Source: Octopus sinensis (Eukaryota). From it: DNA of 64,000 bases. The position numbers and the translations under genes were made by a program. Positions 24,788-37,753 of the stretch are shown piece by piece. Location of the stretch: the NCBI RefSeq assembly GCF_006345805.1, contig NC_043021.1:26474001-26538000 (forward strand), given 5' to 3'. Below the pieces are notes generated by a model. That model made no database searches. It saw only the letters and a program-made list of their open reading frames with translations, and was not told where the DNA came from. Position 1 is the first letter of the stretch; every line of letters begins with the position of its first letter.

Positions 24788-25794
24788 CATATTAACTGGT
24801 CTGTATGGTGATTTGAACTCCAGACTTGTTATTTTCAGTCAAGAAAATTCATTGTAAGTGGCAGAGTTTTGGCTGATTTGCAAAAATTGGGCCAATGAAA
24901 TGAATGGCCCAATTTTTTGATGTTTGAGTGATGACATCATCAAAGATCTATGCAATTAAATTTGTCCTGGGGTCTATTAACACTTTTAGCATTCAGTTTT
25001 CTTTCAGTTTTTTTCTCTCAAACGTATTGCTTATTTACTCACATAACTTTGAATTAATCATGCATTATCTTCTAACGTCAAGATTCCAATGGTATATTTG
25101 TATATTTTTAGAATGATATTGTAGGGTTGGTATGTGAGGTCAGATGTGTTCAGTTTTAACATAAAATAGGTTGACTATTTGGGCCGGTTATAGCTTGATT
25201 AAATGCTTAAGGTTTAGAGAGTTTTAGAGAAGCAGAGAGACAGGGTAAAAGAATGACAGATAGACCAACATGCACAGATGAATGAATGACAGATAGAGAG
25301 GCAACTGACAGACAACAGAGAATAGAGAGGGAGGTAGCTCTATGAAAGATGAAAGTTTAAAGTTTGAAAGAAGGGGCTGGAATAGAACAGGTTTCTTGCT
25401 GTAAAAGAGACACATGGCTATTTTCATTATAACAAAGTGAGTATGACTAACCAGGAGAACTGAAGTGTGTAGAATTAGGAGTGTTTGCCAAATATATACC
25501 AAGACTCTTGCAATTAAGGAACCAAAACCTGTTAACTAATGATGGATCAGCTGATAAATTCTGTACTTGGCTGTTTCACTCCTTCATACACATTACATAA
25601 AGCTGAAATCTTTTGTCAATTAGTGCTTCTATGAGCCAATGATGTGGGACTTCGTAGAGAAGTTATTTAGTATATATTTAGTTCTGTAGGTAGGTAGTTA
25701 GTGTGTGTGTGTGTGTGTGTTGTGGGGCGTGGGGGTGTGTTATTGGAATGTCCTGTGTGTCATGTCAGTCACACTCAGTAATAATATATGGAAG

Positions 25795-25799
<5 letters not shown>

Positions 25800-25829
<30 letters not shown>

Positions 25830-25907
25830 GAGAGAGAGAGAGGGAGAGAGAGAGAGAGGGAGAGAGAGAGAGAGGAGAGAGAGAGAGAGGGAGAGAGGAG
25901 AGAGAGG

Positions 25908-25959
<52 letters not shown>

Positions 25960-25960
25960 T
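25800..25960. repeat. Interrupted (GA)n polypurine tract
   Basis: Directly visible. Gives the (ER)n and (SL)n pseudo-ORFs. Confidence 0.95.
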
Positions 25961-26230
25961 ATATAAGTATACAGCTTTAGATATATTTAGCATTAGATGA
26001 GATCAGCAAAGGCCAGGAAATGACAACTCTTTTTTATATTTTATTTTTCTGTTTTGTCATTCTTATTTTTTGTGGTGTGTGTGTGTGTGTGTGTGTATAC
26101 ATATGTATATGCACACACACACACATATATATATGTATATGTGTGCGCGTGCACACACACACACACACACATAAAGGGGCACTAAAATACAATGCATAAC
26201 CAGATTGGGCTCAGTAATAGTTACACCCAT

Positions 26231-26293
<63 letters not shown>

Positions 26294-26790
26294 TACAGGG
26301 AGTCATGATAAATAAAACTGAAGAATAAGTTCACTTGGGTGATTTCACATTTATTACCTTACAAAGCTTAGGGACAAGTACCTACAAACATTACGACCCT
26401 TATTTGGAGATAGAGGAGAAATTTGAAAAATGATATTACAGAAGCTCAGTTTCTTAGTGAATTAATATGAATCTAATTCCTTTAGGTCACCACTCTCCTT
26501 CATCAACAGAATTTGAGGAATAGAGCAAAAATGGAAGAATGTTCCATATTGGAAGTTAAGCAACAAACAGCTTGGACATGCTTCATGTAGAGAACTGAAA
26601 ACAAATGACATTGTGTGAACAAGTCCTTTGTTTGCACAGATTGTGCAACATCTCAGGAGACACAATGAAGCCCAGACATGTTTTTGTGGTGGATTGCAAG
26701 TAAATAACATTGTTTAAAACCAGAAAGTGAAATGTATATGTAATGAAGAAGGGGAAACAAAATTAGTTAGACAGACAGACAGACAGACAG

Positions 26791-26822
<32 letters not shown>

Positions 26823-27166
26823 ATGTGCATGTACACACACACACACACATGCGCGTGCACACACACACGCACACACATACACACACACACGCACACACAC
26901 ACACACACACACATGTATATCATCATCATTTTAACATCCACTTTTCCATACCTGCATGAGTCAGATGGAGTTTGCTGAAGCAGATTTCCTACAACAGGAT
27001 GCTCTTTCTGTTCACAACATTTGCTCTGTCTCCAAGCAAGGTAATATTTCAGAATATTGGAATATTGCTTGATAGTGACACTGCTTTTCAACCATCGCAT
27101 GGTGTCTAAACAAAGAGACACAAACATACTCTCACACACATATACATACATGCATGCATACATACA

Positions 27167-27720
27167 TGGTGGCTGCCCCCTCGTTATCGAGTATGGCCAT
27201 TGCACGAAGCTTAATCAATGCTGTTATCGTGCAATGCCTGTGCAAGAAGATTTTTTTTAAGTGTGGAAAGGCTGTGCACTGAGTCAATCCCACTCACTAA
27301 GCAACAGCAGCCATAATCCGAAAAGAAGAACAAGTCAACATCATCGGTAACCACTGAGCTGCAGGTTTTATGTCGGAGTTATTCCAGTTACCTGAGTTAC
27401 CTTCTCCTAGAAGGATGCCCTTACAAAGGCTAGGAGTCCTTCAATCCCAATGGTTTAACCGCACGATCGGGTATTCAGTCCGATTATTTCTATGTCCCCG
27501 AACATGATAAAGCCTTAAGGCATTTATTCGATGGCCGTTGACTCTCAAGAGTTCCTCCGCCCTTTGATGGGTTTTGTTTTTCATCCCACAGGGTGTCCAA
27601 TAAACAGCCTCCTCACCAAGCAAGCTTGGTGGGGTTGCCAGTTTAGTCGCCGATGACCCGACCATGCAACAGGTTGTATTGAGTTACGTGTTACCAGTAG
27701 CACTCGAAAGTGACCTGACA
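27167..27720 (-). mobile_element. Second copy of the ~555-bp element
   Basis: Reverse complement of 21291-21846, with identical pseudo-ORF text in the track (27441-27665 vs 21346-21558). Embedded in (CATA/CATG)n. Confidence 0.75.
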
Positions 27721-28523
27721 CAAGCATGCATGCATGCATGCGTGCATGTGTGTGTACGTACATACATACTTACACGACAGGCTTCTTTCAGTTTCCATCC
27801 CTCAAATTCGCTCACAAGACTTTGGTTGAGCCAAGGCTAGAGTTGAAGAAACTTTCCCAAGGTGCCATGTAAAACTAATTGGTTGGGAAGCTATGCCTAT
27901 TTCTGTAATGTAAATTTTGTCTATAAATCTATATGGAACCATGAGGCTATGATTTAAAATAAATTGTTACTATCCACTTGGATGAATATATTGTTGCACT
28001 TTTGTTGTTAACTTTCTATGAAAAGCCTCTTGTATATTCCTGATTAGTTAAAAATGAGGCTTTAAGTAGGATCTGCTCAAGGGGTATACTGGAACAAGCA
28101 TATGCATGGCTGTGTGGTAAAAAGCTTACTTACAACCATGTGGTTACATGTTCAAAGCCACTGCATGGCACTTTGGGATGTGTCTTCTACTAAAATTCAG
28201 GGCTGATATACATATATATCATCATCATTATCATTTAACGTCCAGTTTTCCATGCTGGCATGAGTTGGAGCAGTTTGACAGAAGCCGACCTGTTGAAGGG
28301 CTGTTCAGGCTCCCTGTCTGTTTTGCCATGGTTTCTATGGCTGGATGCTCTCTCTGACGCCAACCACTTTACAGAGTGTGCTGGGTGCTTTGATGCAGCA
28401 CTGGTATGGGTGTTTTATATGTGTGTATGTGTGTGTATGTGCATGCATGTATGTGCATGTGTATATGCATTGTGTGTGTGTATATGTATATGCATGCATG
28501 TGTGTGTATATGTATGTGTAAAA

Positions 28524-28754
28524 GGTGGCGAGCTGGCAGAAACGTTAGCACGCCGGGCGAAATGCGTAGCCGTATTTCGTCTGCCGTTACATTCTGAGTT
28601 CAAATTCCGCCGAGGTCGACTTTGCCTTTCATCCTTTCGGGGTCGATAAATTAAGTACCAGTTACGCACTGGGGTCGATGTAATCGACTTACTCCGTTTG
28701 TCTGTCCTTGTTTGTCCCCTCTGTGTGTAGCCCCTTGTGGGTAGTAAAGAAATA
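28524..28754 (+). mobile_element. tRNA-derived SINE family A, near-intact copy
   Basis: GGTGGCGAGCTGGCAGAAACGTTAG (box A-like), GAGTTCAAATTCC (box B), central domain and 3' tail GGGTAGTAAAGAAATA. CpGs retained, so it is young. Confidence 0.88.
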
Positions 28755-30548
28755 TATATATATATGTATGTATACATACATACACATGTCTGTATGTATA
28801 TATATTTCTTTGTGCTTGTCCTCATCACCACCTCACAATTGGTGTTAGTTTGTTTACGTTTCCATACCTTAGCAGTTTGGCAAAAGAGACTGATAGAACC
28901 AACACCAGACTTCAAAAAAGAGAAAAGTACTGAGGTTAATTTGTTTGACTAAAAGCCTTCATTGTAGTGCCCCAGCATGGTCCCAGTCCAATGACTGAAA
29001 GAAGCAACACCTCTAGTGATACGAACTCTAGTATCACCAGACAGTAATTTTAAAAAATGTGGTTATTTTTTTATTTCTTATTGTTCTAGCGATTAATTTA
29101 ATGGACATTTTTTTCCTCAAAAGAGTAGAAAGATTTTGGTGATATCTTTGAAATCTATTATTGGCAAAATTCCTTATAAATCATATTTTTCTGACTTAAA
29201 TTCTGTAAATTCTTTAAACATTTTTGTCATTTTTCAAAGCAGAAGTATGCAAAAATGTTATTTATTTTTCTTACAAATGTTAAAAAAAAAAATTTGAAAA
29301 CTAAAAATGTTAATGTAAAGTTAATCGTTAGTGCAGTTAATTTCTTTTTTTTTATATTCTTTTACTTGTTTCAGTCATTGGATGGCAGCCATGCTGGAGG
29401 CATCACTTTTAAGGGTTTCACTGAACAAATCTACCCCAATGCTTATTGTTTTATTGTATAGTACTTACTCTATTAATCTGTTTTACTGAATTGCTAAGTT
29501 AGACGAACATAAGCAATCCAATACTGGTTGTCTAGCAGTGAAGAGACAAACACATACATACATGCATACACACACAATCATACATGCATACGTGTGTGTG
29601 TGTGTATGTATATATATATGTGTGTGTGTGTGTATATATATGTATATGTGTGATATATATATATATACATGTATATACATATATATATATATATATATAG
29701 TGTGTGTGTACATATATATATATATATACATACTAGCTGATGTACTTGGTAATTTCTGAGAAAGCAGGGCTTATCCCTTGGTTCCATTCTCATAATTGTT
29801 TCACTAATCCAATAACAACAATACAAAGTATGTAGCCCTTAAAACGGTTTTTGTGTGTTTACAGAGAATATCGAGGTATTTTACACAGGATCTCGTTTTT
29901 AGGAATTCCCAATAAGTTATGAATACCCAAATTGTGATGTCAGTAATAACGTGAAATTAGTTACCCGATAGTAAGAATTCATATAAAGTAACCCCAAAAA
30001 GGGCTTTAATGCATTCCCAGAGTATATAGAACCTAAGATGAAATACTAATAATATTTGTAAATTTTGGGTAATTTTAGCCAACCGAAAGCCACCATTCTA
30101 CACATGACCGTAAATCTCTCATTGGTGTCTGTTTCTGTAGTAACAAACAAAGCTGTATTTTGCTCTGTTACCTTAGTTACTAGGATACTATATTTAGCAT
30201 AAGTGTGGCTCTTTCCCCAGCATCACCACCACCACAAGTATCACTTTGTGCCTGTTGTTTTTTTTTTGTTTGTCAGTTTGTGACGGGTAGCTATCTTGCA
30301 GAAAATGCATGGTTCTGATTCCTGTTTCCTGATTGGACTAAAAATGATCAAGCTTTGAACCTCTGTAACATTCTTCTAAATTTTTCTAGGAATAAACAAA
30401 TCCCAAATTTGGATTCAGCATGAAAATTTACATCAATTTACCAAATTTTAAAATTTTCACATAATTTTCAAATTTTCAAATCTGTGACAGCAACCAAAAG
30501 GATACCATTTTACCAGCATATCTATATAAAATTAACCTGTTAATTGCA

Positions 30549-31002
30549 TCTATATATATAAAACTCAACTTGTGTGTCTGTGTTTAACTTCCCGGTACAT
30601 CGTAGAACCACCAAAAAAAGTTTAGGCGAATGAAAATTGAACTGCGCTATTTCTGTTCCGAAATTCATCTCGCAAGTGCAAAAATCGACAATGTGCTTGT
30701 TTAGGCCTTATCCCATGCATTGAATAGTGAACTTTACTCAGTCAGCTGTTTGACGTGAACTGTATTCACCACGCGTGCAAGCATGTGTACATTGCATGAA
30801 AATTTTAAAAATCAAGATATATAAACGAATCGCCATAAACATTGTAGAAATTTGGCAAAGAAATGAATTTTTGGGATGTAGCCTGGAGGGTTTTTTTGTA
30901 TTAATCGTTTGGACTTTGTGAACACATACCAATTGTTTTCATAACGTTTTTAATGCTTTGAATTAAATGTGACCATTTTGCAAAGCTGGGCAATACTGCT
31001 AG
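30549..31002 (+). mobile_element. Non-autonomous Helitron
   Basis: A|TCTATATATATAAAA 5' end and GCTGGGCAATACTGCTAG|T 3' end: TC...CTAG termini in an AT target without TSD. Confidence 0.7.
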
Positions 31003-31542
31003 TATGCAAATAAAGCAAATGAATAAACTTAGATGTGTTTCAGCCCCAAATTCGAATCTGTCAAGTCATATTTAAGACTAGATTTGTGGTGTCACGGTCC
31101 ATTTCAAATAGGAAGCTGTTGTTTACTGAGAGCTCTCCAAGTATAGGAGGCTTGTCTGAGATATTGTGAAGAAATTTGTCTAGATTATCATCATCATCAT
31201 CATCGTTTAACATCTGCCTTCCATGCTGGCATGGCTATCTGTAATAATTCCTTTCACGTCTTGGGTGGACTACAGGAATATGAATTGACTCCAATACATT
31301 AATGGACTTTAATGGTACATTAAGTTGTGATTTGGTCATTATGTTGTAGTTGAGAATCTGGTGAGAGGCCACAATCTGGTGAGAGACCATAATCAGAGGA
31401 GAGGCCATATCTGTAGACAGGAATGACCACAAAACAATCTTTGTCTTTCTATTTTCATTTTTTTTTTTCATTTTATCTAGTTTCACCTCACGAGCTGTGG
31501 CCATGCTGGGGCACCGCCATTATATATATTTATTACATTAAA

Positions 31543-31757
31543 CAGTTGGAGACAGTGAGAGGATTTTGTTATTTGGGGAATGGTGTGGATGTAAGTGGTG
31601 GATGTGAAGCAGCTGTGACAGCAAGAGCGAGACTTGGCTGGGTGAAGTTCAGGGAATGTGGAGCATTGTTATATGGGGAAAGGTTTTCATTGAAGATGAA
31701 AGGAAGGGTCTATAGGAGTTGTGTGAGAACTGCAATGCTGTATGGGAGTGAGACATA
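31543..31757 (+). pseudogene. RTE LINE RT/thumb fragment
   Basis: LETVRGFCYLGNGVDVSGGCEAAVTARARLGWVKFRECGALLYGERFSLKMKGRVYRSCVRTAMLYGSET, homologous to 38680-38890. Confidence 0.88.
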
Positions 31758-32465
31758 ATCTGAGTTGGTTCTGGTGTGGGGTTCAAACAGCCAGTTTTTT
31801 TATAACCCTGGGCAAGTCTTTCTAGAACCTTCAAAGTATAATTTAGTGGGAAGCTTACTTAACTTTTCTTTAATATTTGCCTCTGTTTGTTAATACATGT
31901 CGTCAGCCAGTACGGATTGGTTGGTGAATCTTTGCATGGCTGTTCTGTTGTCTGAAAGAACCAGTCCTGTCTTTTAAGGTGATAAAACTAGGCTATTGTT
32001 TTTAAACTAGAAACCCAAGTAAGGCAGTTCTAATCTAGCCAAAGCTTTGCTCCAATGTCTTTGACTCGAGAGGATGAAAGACAAAGTTGACTACTGCAAA
32101 ATTTGAATTCAAAAGAGTTTTGGTTAATAGCATTAAATAGCATATTTTATTGACTGTGATTTTAAAAAATTGGTAAAATGTAGCAAAATTCAAACCTCTA
32201 GATTTTTTTTTATATAAAAATATATTTCTGGCATTTTGTATTTGCATGATGAGTTGACAGTAGCCAGTACTTCGGGTCCTTGTAGAGTCAGTACACGACA
32301 TTTTGACAACCAATGTCAAAATGTGTTCAAGTTATTCTTTGCATTTTAATGAATTAACGATTATTTGGAATATTTTTCTTAATCGTAATTTAAGTTATGT
32401 CAAAAAAAATTTGTCAGTAAATGAAACCCCATCGATCATATGGCTTTTGTTGAGGCAGATTTTCT

Positions 32466-32695
32466 TATTTCTTTATTGCCCACAAGGGACTAAACATATA
32501 GGGGACAAACAAGGACAAACAAAGGGATTAAGTCGATAACATCGACCCCAGTGCGTAACTGGCACTTAATTTATCGACCCTGAAAGGATGAAAGGCAAAG
32601 TCGACCTTGCGGAATTTGAACTCAGAACGCAGCGGCGGATGAAATACCACAAAGCATTTCGCCCGGCGTGCTAACGTTTCTGCCAGCTCGCCGCC
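32466..32695 (-). mobile_element. SINE family A nested inside an RTE-tail-like repeat
   Basis: Near-consensus reverse copy. The flanks (TTGAGGCAGATTTTC | TTTTCTACAGATGGGATGCCCTTCC) rejoin into the host repeat. Confidence 0.85.
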
Positions 32696-34962
32696 TTTTT
32701 CTACAGATGGGATGCCCTTCCTGTTGCCAATCCTCACCTGTTTCCAAGCAAGCCGTTATTTCTCTATGTTTTCACAGAGGATTCAAAACAAATGACACCA
32801 TTTGTAAGATGTATTTACAGCTGTCATACAATGTCAAGACATTTCTAGTAACACACAATCCGCATCACCAAAACATTTCTAACAGCATCAAAGCAAATTT
32901 GCCAATCATAAAGCAAAGTGAAAAATAAAAAAAAACACTTATCTTAAGCAAAAAGCAAGACTAGGGCGACATGAAACAAAGTATTATATATCCTTTTCCT
33001 TTTCCCATGTGTTCTTTCTTTGTTTTGTAAGTTACTTAGCAACCTCTCTGGTGTTGGTGGCACAAAAAAAAAGAAAAAAAAACAGGAAACAAAAAAACAG
33101 CCAGTAAATTCTGAAAAGTGGCGTTAGGAAAGGCATTGAGCCATAGAAACTATGCCAAAGCTGACACGGATGCAGCCTTGCATTCCATTGAATTTTGTTG
33201 TAGCATTCAACCCATGCCACCATTGAAGACAAATATCATATGATGATGATGATGATGATATATATTGAGTCTGTATGTGTGTGATTCCTTGATACACACA
33301 CACACACATAAATATAGGAATGGGAGACAATGTATGTGTATGATTTTTCACAGCATATATACAAAGTTAGATCAAAGTTGGTGGAAGATGTGCTCTATTA
33401 AATTGTAGATTTAGTGTTTGGTGAGATATTTAAAAATATATTCATTAAAAATGGTGGAGAATTTCTGTTTAAGTCTCAGATGAGGTGTATGAATTGGAGA
33501 AAAGATAGCCTGAAGGTGGTAATTTAGTTTGTGATTTCTTATTCATATGCTTCCTATGCTGATGAAATATATAAACAGTTAAGGCATCCCCATGGGTGGT
33601 AATTGCAGCCTCTTATTTGCTGACTTATATTTATCATCATAACAGTTTAGTCTCTTAACTAGTATAACAAAAAAGGTAGACCTATTTAAGCCACTGTGTG
33701 TATGTTATAGATATATAGATGATATCATCATCATCATCGTTTAATGTCCATTTTCTGTGCTAGCATGGGTTGGACAGTTCGACCGGGGTCTGGGAAGTCA
33801 GGAGGCTGCACCAGGCTCCAGTCTGATCTGGCAGTGTTTCTATAGCTGGATGCCCTTCCTAACGCCAACCACTCCGTGAGTGTAGTGGGTGCTTTTTACG
33901 TGCCAGGGGAGGCTGGCAGCGGCCACGATGGTTTGTATTTGGTGCTAATTATGATTGTCTTGAATATTTACTTTGTGAAATTTTTCATTGTGTTTTGGAA
34001 GTAACCAGAAATGGCTCTGACATTTAAAATGTGAAGTATTTCAGTGTTAGGTTTGAGTTATTTTCTTGTCCCAGTCATTAGACTGTGGCCGTGCTGGGGC
34101 ATTGCTTTGAAGAATTTTTAGTCAAATTAATTTATCCCAGTACCATTTTTTTAAAACCAGGTACTTAATGTATCAGTCTCTTTTGCCAAACTGTTAAGTT
34201 ATAGGGACATAAACACACCAACGCCAGTTGCCAAGCAGTGGTGGGGGACACACATACACACATATGCATTGGGCTTCTTTCAGTTTCTGTCTACCAAATC
34301 CACTTGCAAGTCTTGGTCTGAGACTACAAGTAGAAGACACTTGCCCAAAGCGCCACACGGAGGATGGAACCCAGAACCATGTTGGGCAGCAAACTTCTTA
34401 CCAAACAGCCACGCCTGCACCTATATCAACAAGTTAATAATAATTAAGGCTTATAATAAAACTTAATGATTTTAATTTGCCAGTGGCAACGGTGCCTTAG
34501 GCATACAATTGCATTCCAGATAATTTGGGTTACTGCATTTTTCTGTCAGTCAGTTAATAAGGTATGATAGGGTGGTTAATCATTTCCATTTGTTTAGAGA
34601 TGAAATAAATCATTTGGCAGAGTGAATGATTAAGCAAGGATACCAAAGTAAATTGTTAATTAAACATTTTAATTGTAGACTAGTTACACATTGGGATAAT
34701 TTGAAGAAATTTTATGTTATTTTAAGCTTGCAGTCGAGTTGTGAGTTGAAAGTTTGCAAATAATCTTTTGCTTGTTTCAGTCATTAGACTGTGGCCATGC
34801 TGGGGCATCATCTTGAAGAATTTTTAGTTGAATGAATTGACTCCAGTACTTTTTTTTTAAAGTTTGATCCTTATTCTATTGATCTCTGTTGCTGAACTGC
34901 TAGATTATTAACACATCAGCAGTGATTGCCAAGTAGTGGGGGTGGGTGGAGGACAGAGACAA

Positions 34963-34993
<31 letters not shown>

Positions 34994-36367
34994 ATGCGCT
35001 TCTTTCAGTTTCCGTTTACCAAATCCACTCACAAAGCTTTGGTCAGCCCAAGACTATAGTAGGAAACACTTGGACAAAGTGCCATGCAGTGGGACTGAAC
35101 CTGGAACGATGTGGTTGGGAGGCAAGCTTCTTTCCACACAGCCACATCTGTGCCTATTAAACAAATAAACCTGGGACTATATTAGAAAATATAGAGACGT
35201 TACAGATTTATTTGAATTTTTAACTGTATTTTTTAGCATATCCAAGTCTAGATTCCCCCTTTAGCATTCGGTTTAATCAGTGGAATGTTAAGCTTAATCA
35301 TTCACTTTGTTTTTAATTAATCATGCATTATCTTGTAGCTTTAAGATTTCAATAATGTGATTGTTTATTTTTAGAATGGCATTGTAGGGTAGGTGTGACA
35401 GGCTGGATCTGAACATAAAACTGGTAAAATATTTGGGTCAGATATGGCCAGATTAAACGCCAAAGGTTTAAAGTAAATTGTGAAGATCTTGGGGTAAATT
35501 GCCTGAGTTAGGTTTACCTTAGCATTTATAAGGCTTGAGGTGGCAGAACTGTTAGCACTCCGGGCAAAATGCTTAGCAGTATTTCGTCTGTCTTTACGTT
35601 CTGAGTTCAAATTCCGCTGAGGTCGACTTTGCCTTTCATCCTTTCAGGGTCAATAAATTAAGTACCAGTTGCATACTGGGGTCGATCTGATCGACTGGCC
35701 CCCTCCCCACAAATTTTGGGTCTTGTGCCTCGAGTAGAAAAGAATATTATGAAGGCTCTGTGCACACAATTTGATGGTTTAATGTTATCATTGTAGATGT
35801 GTTTCTTTCCTTCTTCCTCTAGTCAATAGACTGTATACTATTCATATAAAACACACTGTATTTTATATATACACACATACATACACATCTGTCTGTTTGT
35901 CTCTAGTTATCTGTCTATCTGACCTTTTATCTATCAATGTATATACATATGTGTATAGATATATATATACTTATATATAGAGAAGAACAGGTTGGGCAAA
36001 GTTCAGAGAGCGACTGCTCCTGTTTTACTCTCTAAGAGTGAAAGGCAGATTGTATGATGCCTGTGTATGTACAGCTATGCTACATGGCAGTCATAATGTT
36101 CGCATTTTGATACTTGGCGCGAGTCATCAAGATACAAGCAACTCTTTCCCACTATTCTGATGGTTTCCTTTTTTCCATTGGTCAAGCTTCAATCTTTTTG
36201 CTCTCTAAGGCCATTGGCTATTCACCTATACATCTAGCTGCTCTTGAAAAAATGAGACAAAAATTGTCAGATTTAGCCCAAACACCATGTGTGTGTGTGT
36301 AGCTAATAAAAAAACTATACATCAGAAAGAAGCACACTAACGGATATAGTAGTAATTGTTAATATGT

Positions 36368-36520
36368 GAAGGCGCGTGGCTCAGTGGTTAGAGCATCGAG
36401 CTTACGATCGTGAGGTTGTGAGCTCGAATCCCGGACCAGGCTGCGTGTTGTGTTCTCGAGCAAGACACTTTATTTCCTGGTGCTCCAGTTCACTCAGCTG
36501 TAGAAATGAGTTGCGACGTC
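36368..36520 (+). mobile_element. tRNA-derived SINE family D, 3'-truncated
   Basis: tRNA-like head GGCGCGTGGCTCAGTGGTTAGAGC...GAGCTCGAATCCCGG, then CORE-like GAGCAAGACACTT. It is cut at the edge of the inverted duplication. A related minus copy is at ~44620-44900. Confidence 0.8.
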
Positions 36521-37705
36521 ACAATTTACTTTAACCCTTTGGCGTTTAATCTGGTCATATCTGACCCAAATATTTTACCAGGTTTATGTTCAGATCCAGC
36601 CTGTCACACCTACCCTACAATGCCATTCTAAAAATAAACAATCACATTATTGAAATCTTAAAGCTACAAGATAATGCATGATTAATTAAAAACAAAGTGA
36701 ATGATTAAGCTTAACATTCCACTGATTAAACCGAATGCTAAAGGGGGAATCTAGACTTGGATATGCTAAAAAATACAGTTAAAAATTGTCAAACAAATCA
36801 ACCCCAGGATTTATTCTTTGTAAGCCTAGTACTTATTTTATCACCCTCTTTTGCCAAACTGGTAAGTTACAGGGACGTAAACACACCAACATCAGTTGTT
36901 TCCATTCAGTTTCCCTGTATGTCTCCACCATCATGTTTTTATTCCCAGCTTTGAACTTCCATAAATCCTAAATTTTATTTTAGAATTTATAGGAGCAACT
37001 GTTTTTCAAGACTCATATTGTTATTGAATGCTGGAAATGAGGAGTAGGTAGACAGCCGACAACTGATGAAGGGTCCTCTCTCTGTCTTTACTGGTCCTGT
37101 TTTCCATTTTTTCTCTCTTTGTTTATGTATTTAACTCATTTGTTTACATATTTCATGTTATTTGCACCATTGGTGACATCCTGTACCCAAATATGCATGT
37201 GTGTGTGTATATATATATATATATATTATTTATTTATCATCATCATCATCGCCATCGTTTAACGTCCGTTTTCCATGCTAGCTGCATCAGGCTCCAGTCT
37301 GATCTGGCAGTGTTTCTACAGCTGGATGCCCTTCCTAACACCAACCACTCCCTGAGTGTAGTGGGTGCTTTTTATGTGCTAGGGGAGGCTGGCAACGGCT
37401 ACGATTGGATTGGTGCTTTTTACATGCCACCAACATGGCTATCACAACTACAATTTCCATTTGATTTTTATTTTGATGTTGGAGTCCTTGACTCATTAAG
37501 TCTCCTCAAGCACAGCAGGTCACTCTATGATCCAAGGTTAGCACAGCAGGCTGCCCAGTGAGCCATGAACTCACTTCATTTGTCGGGTCTTCAAAGTCAC
37601 AGCATATCTCAGATATATATATGTATGTATGTATATATATGTGTGTGTGTGTGTGTGTGTATACATATATATATATATCTATATATATACATACATATAT
37701 ATACG

Positions 37706-37741
<36 letters not shown>

Positions 37742-37753
37742 ATATATACACAC

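Noticed and set aside
26460-26710. Cys-rich remnant resembling a piggyBac C-terminal domain, or an exon after a CTTTAG acceptor
   Set aside because: Stops in all frames, and similarity too weak to call.
36371-36445. tRNA gene
   Set aside because: The anticodon and acceptor stems do not pair, and it continues into a SINE body, so it is a SINE head.
37063-37069. CTGATGAAGG as a hammerhead core
   Set aside because: No downstream GAAA or stem III is visible.
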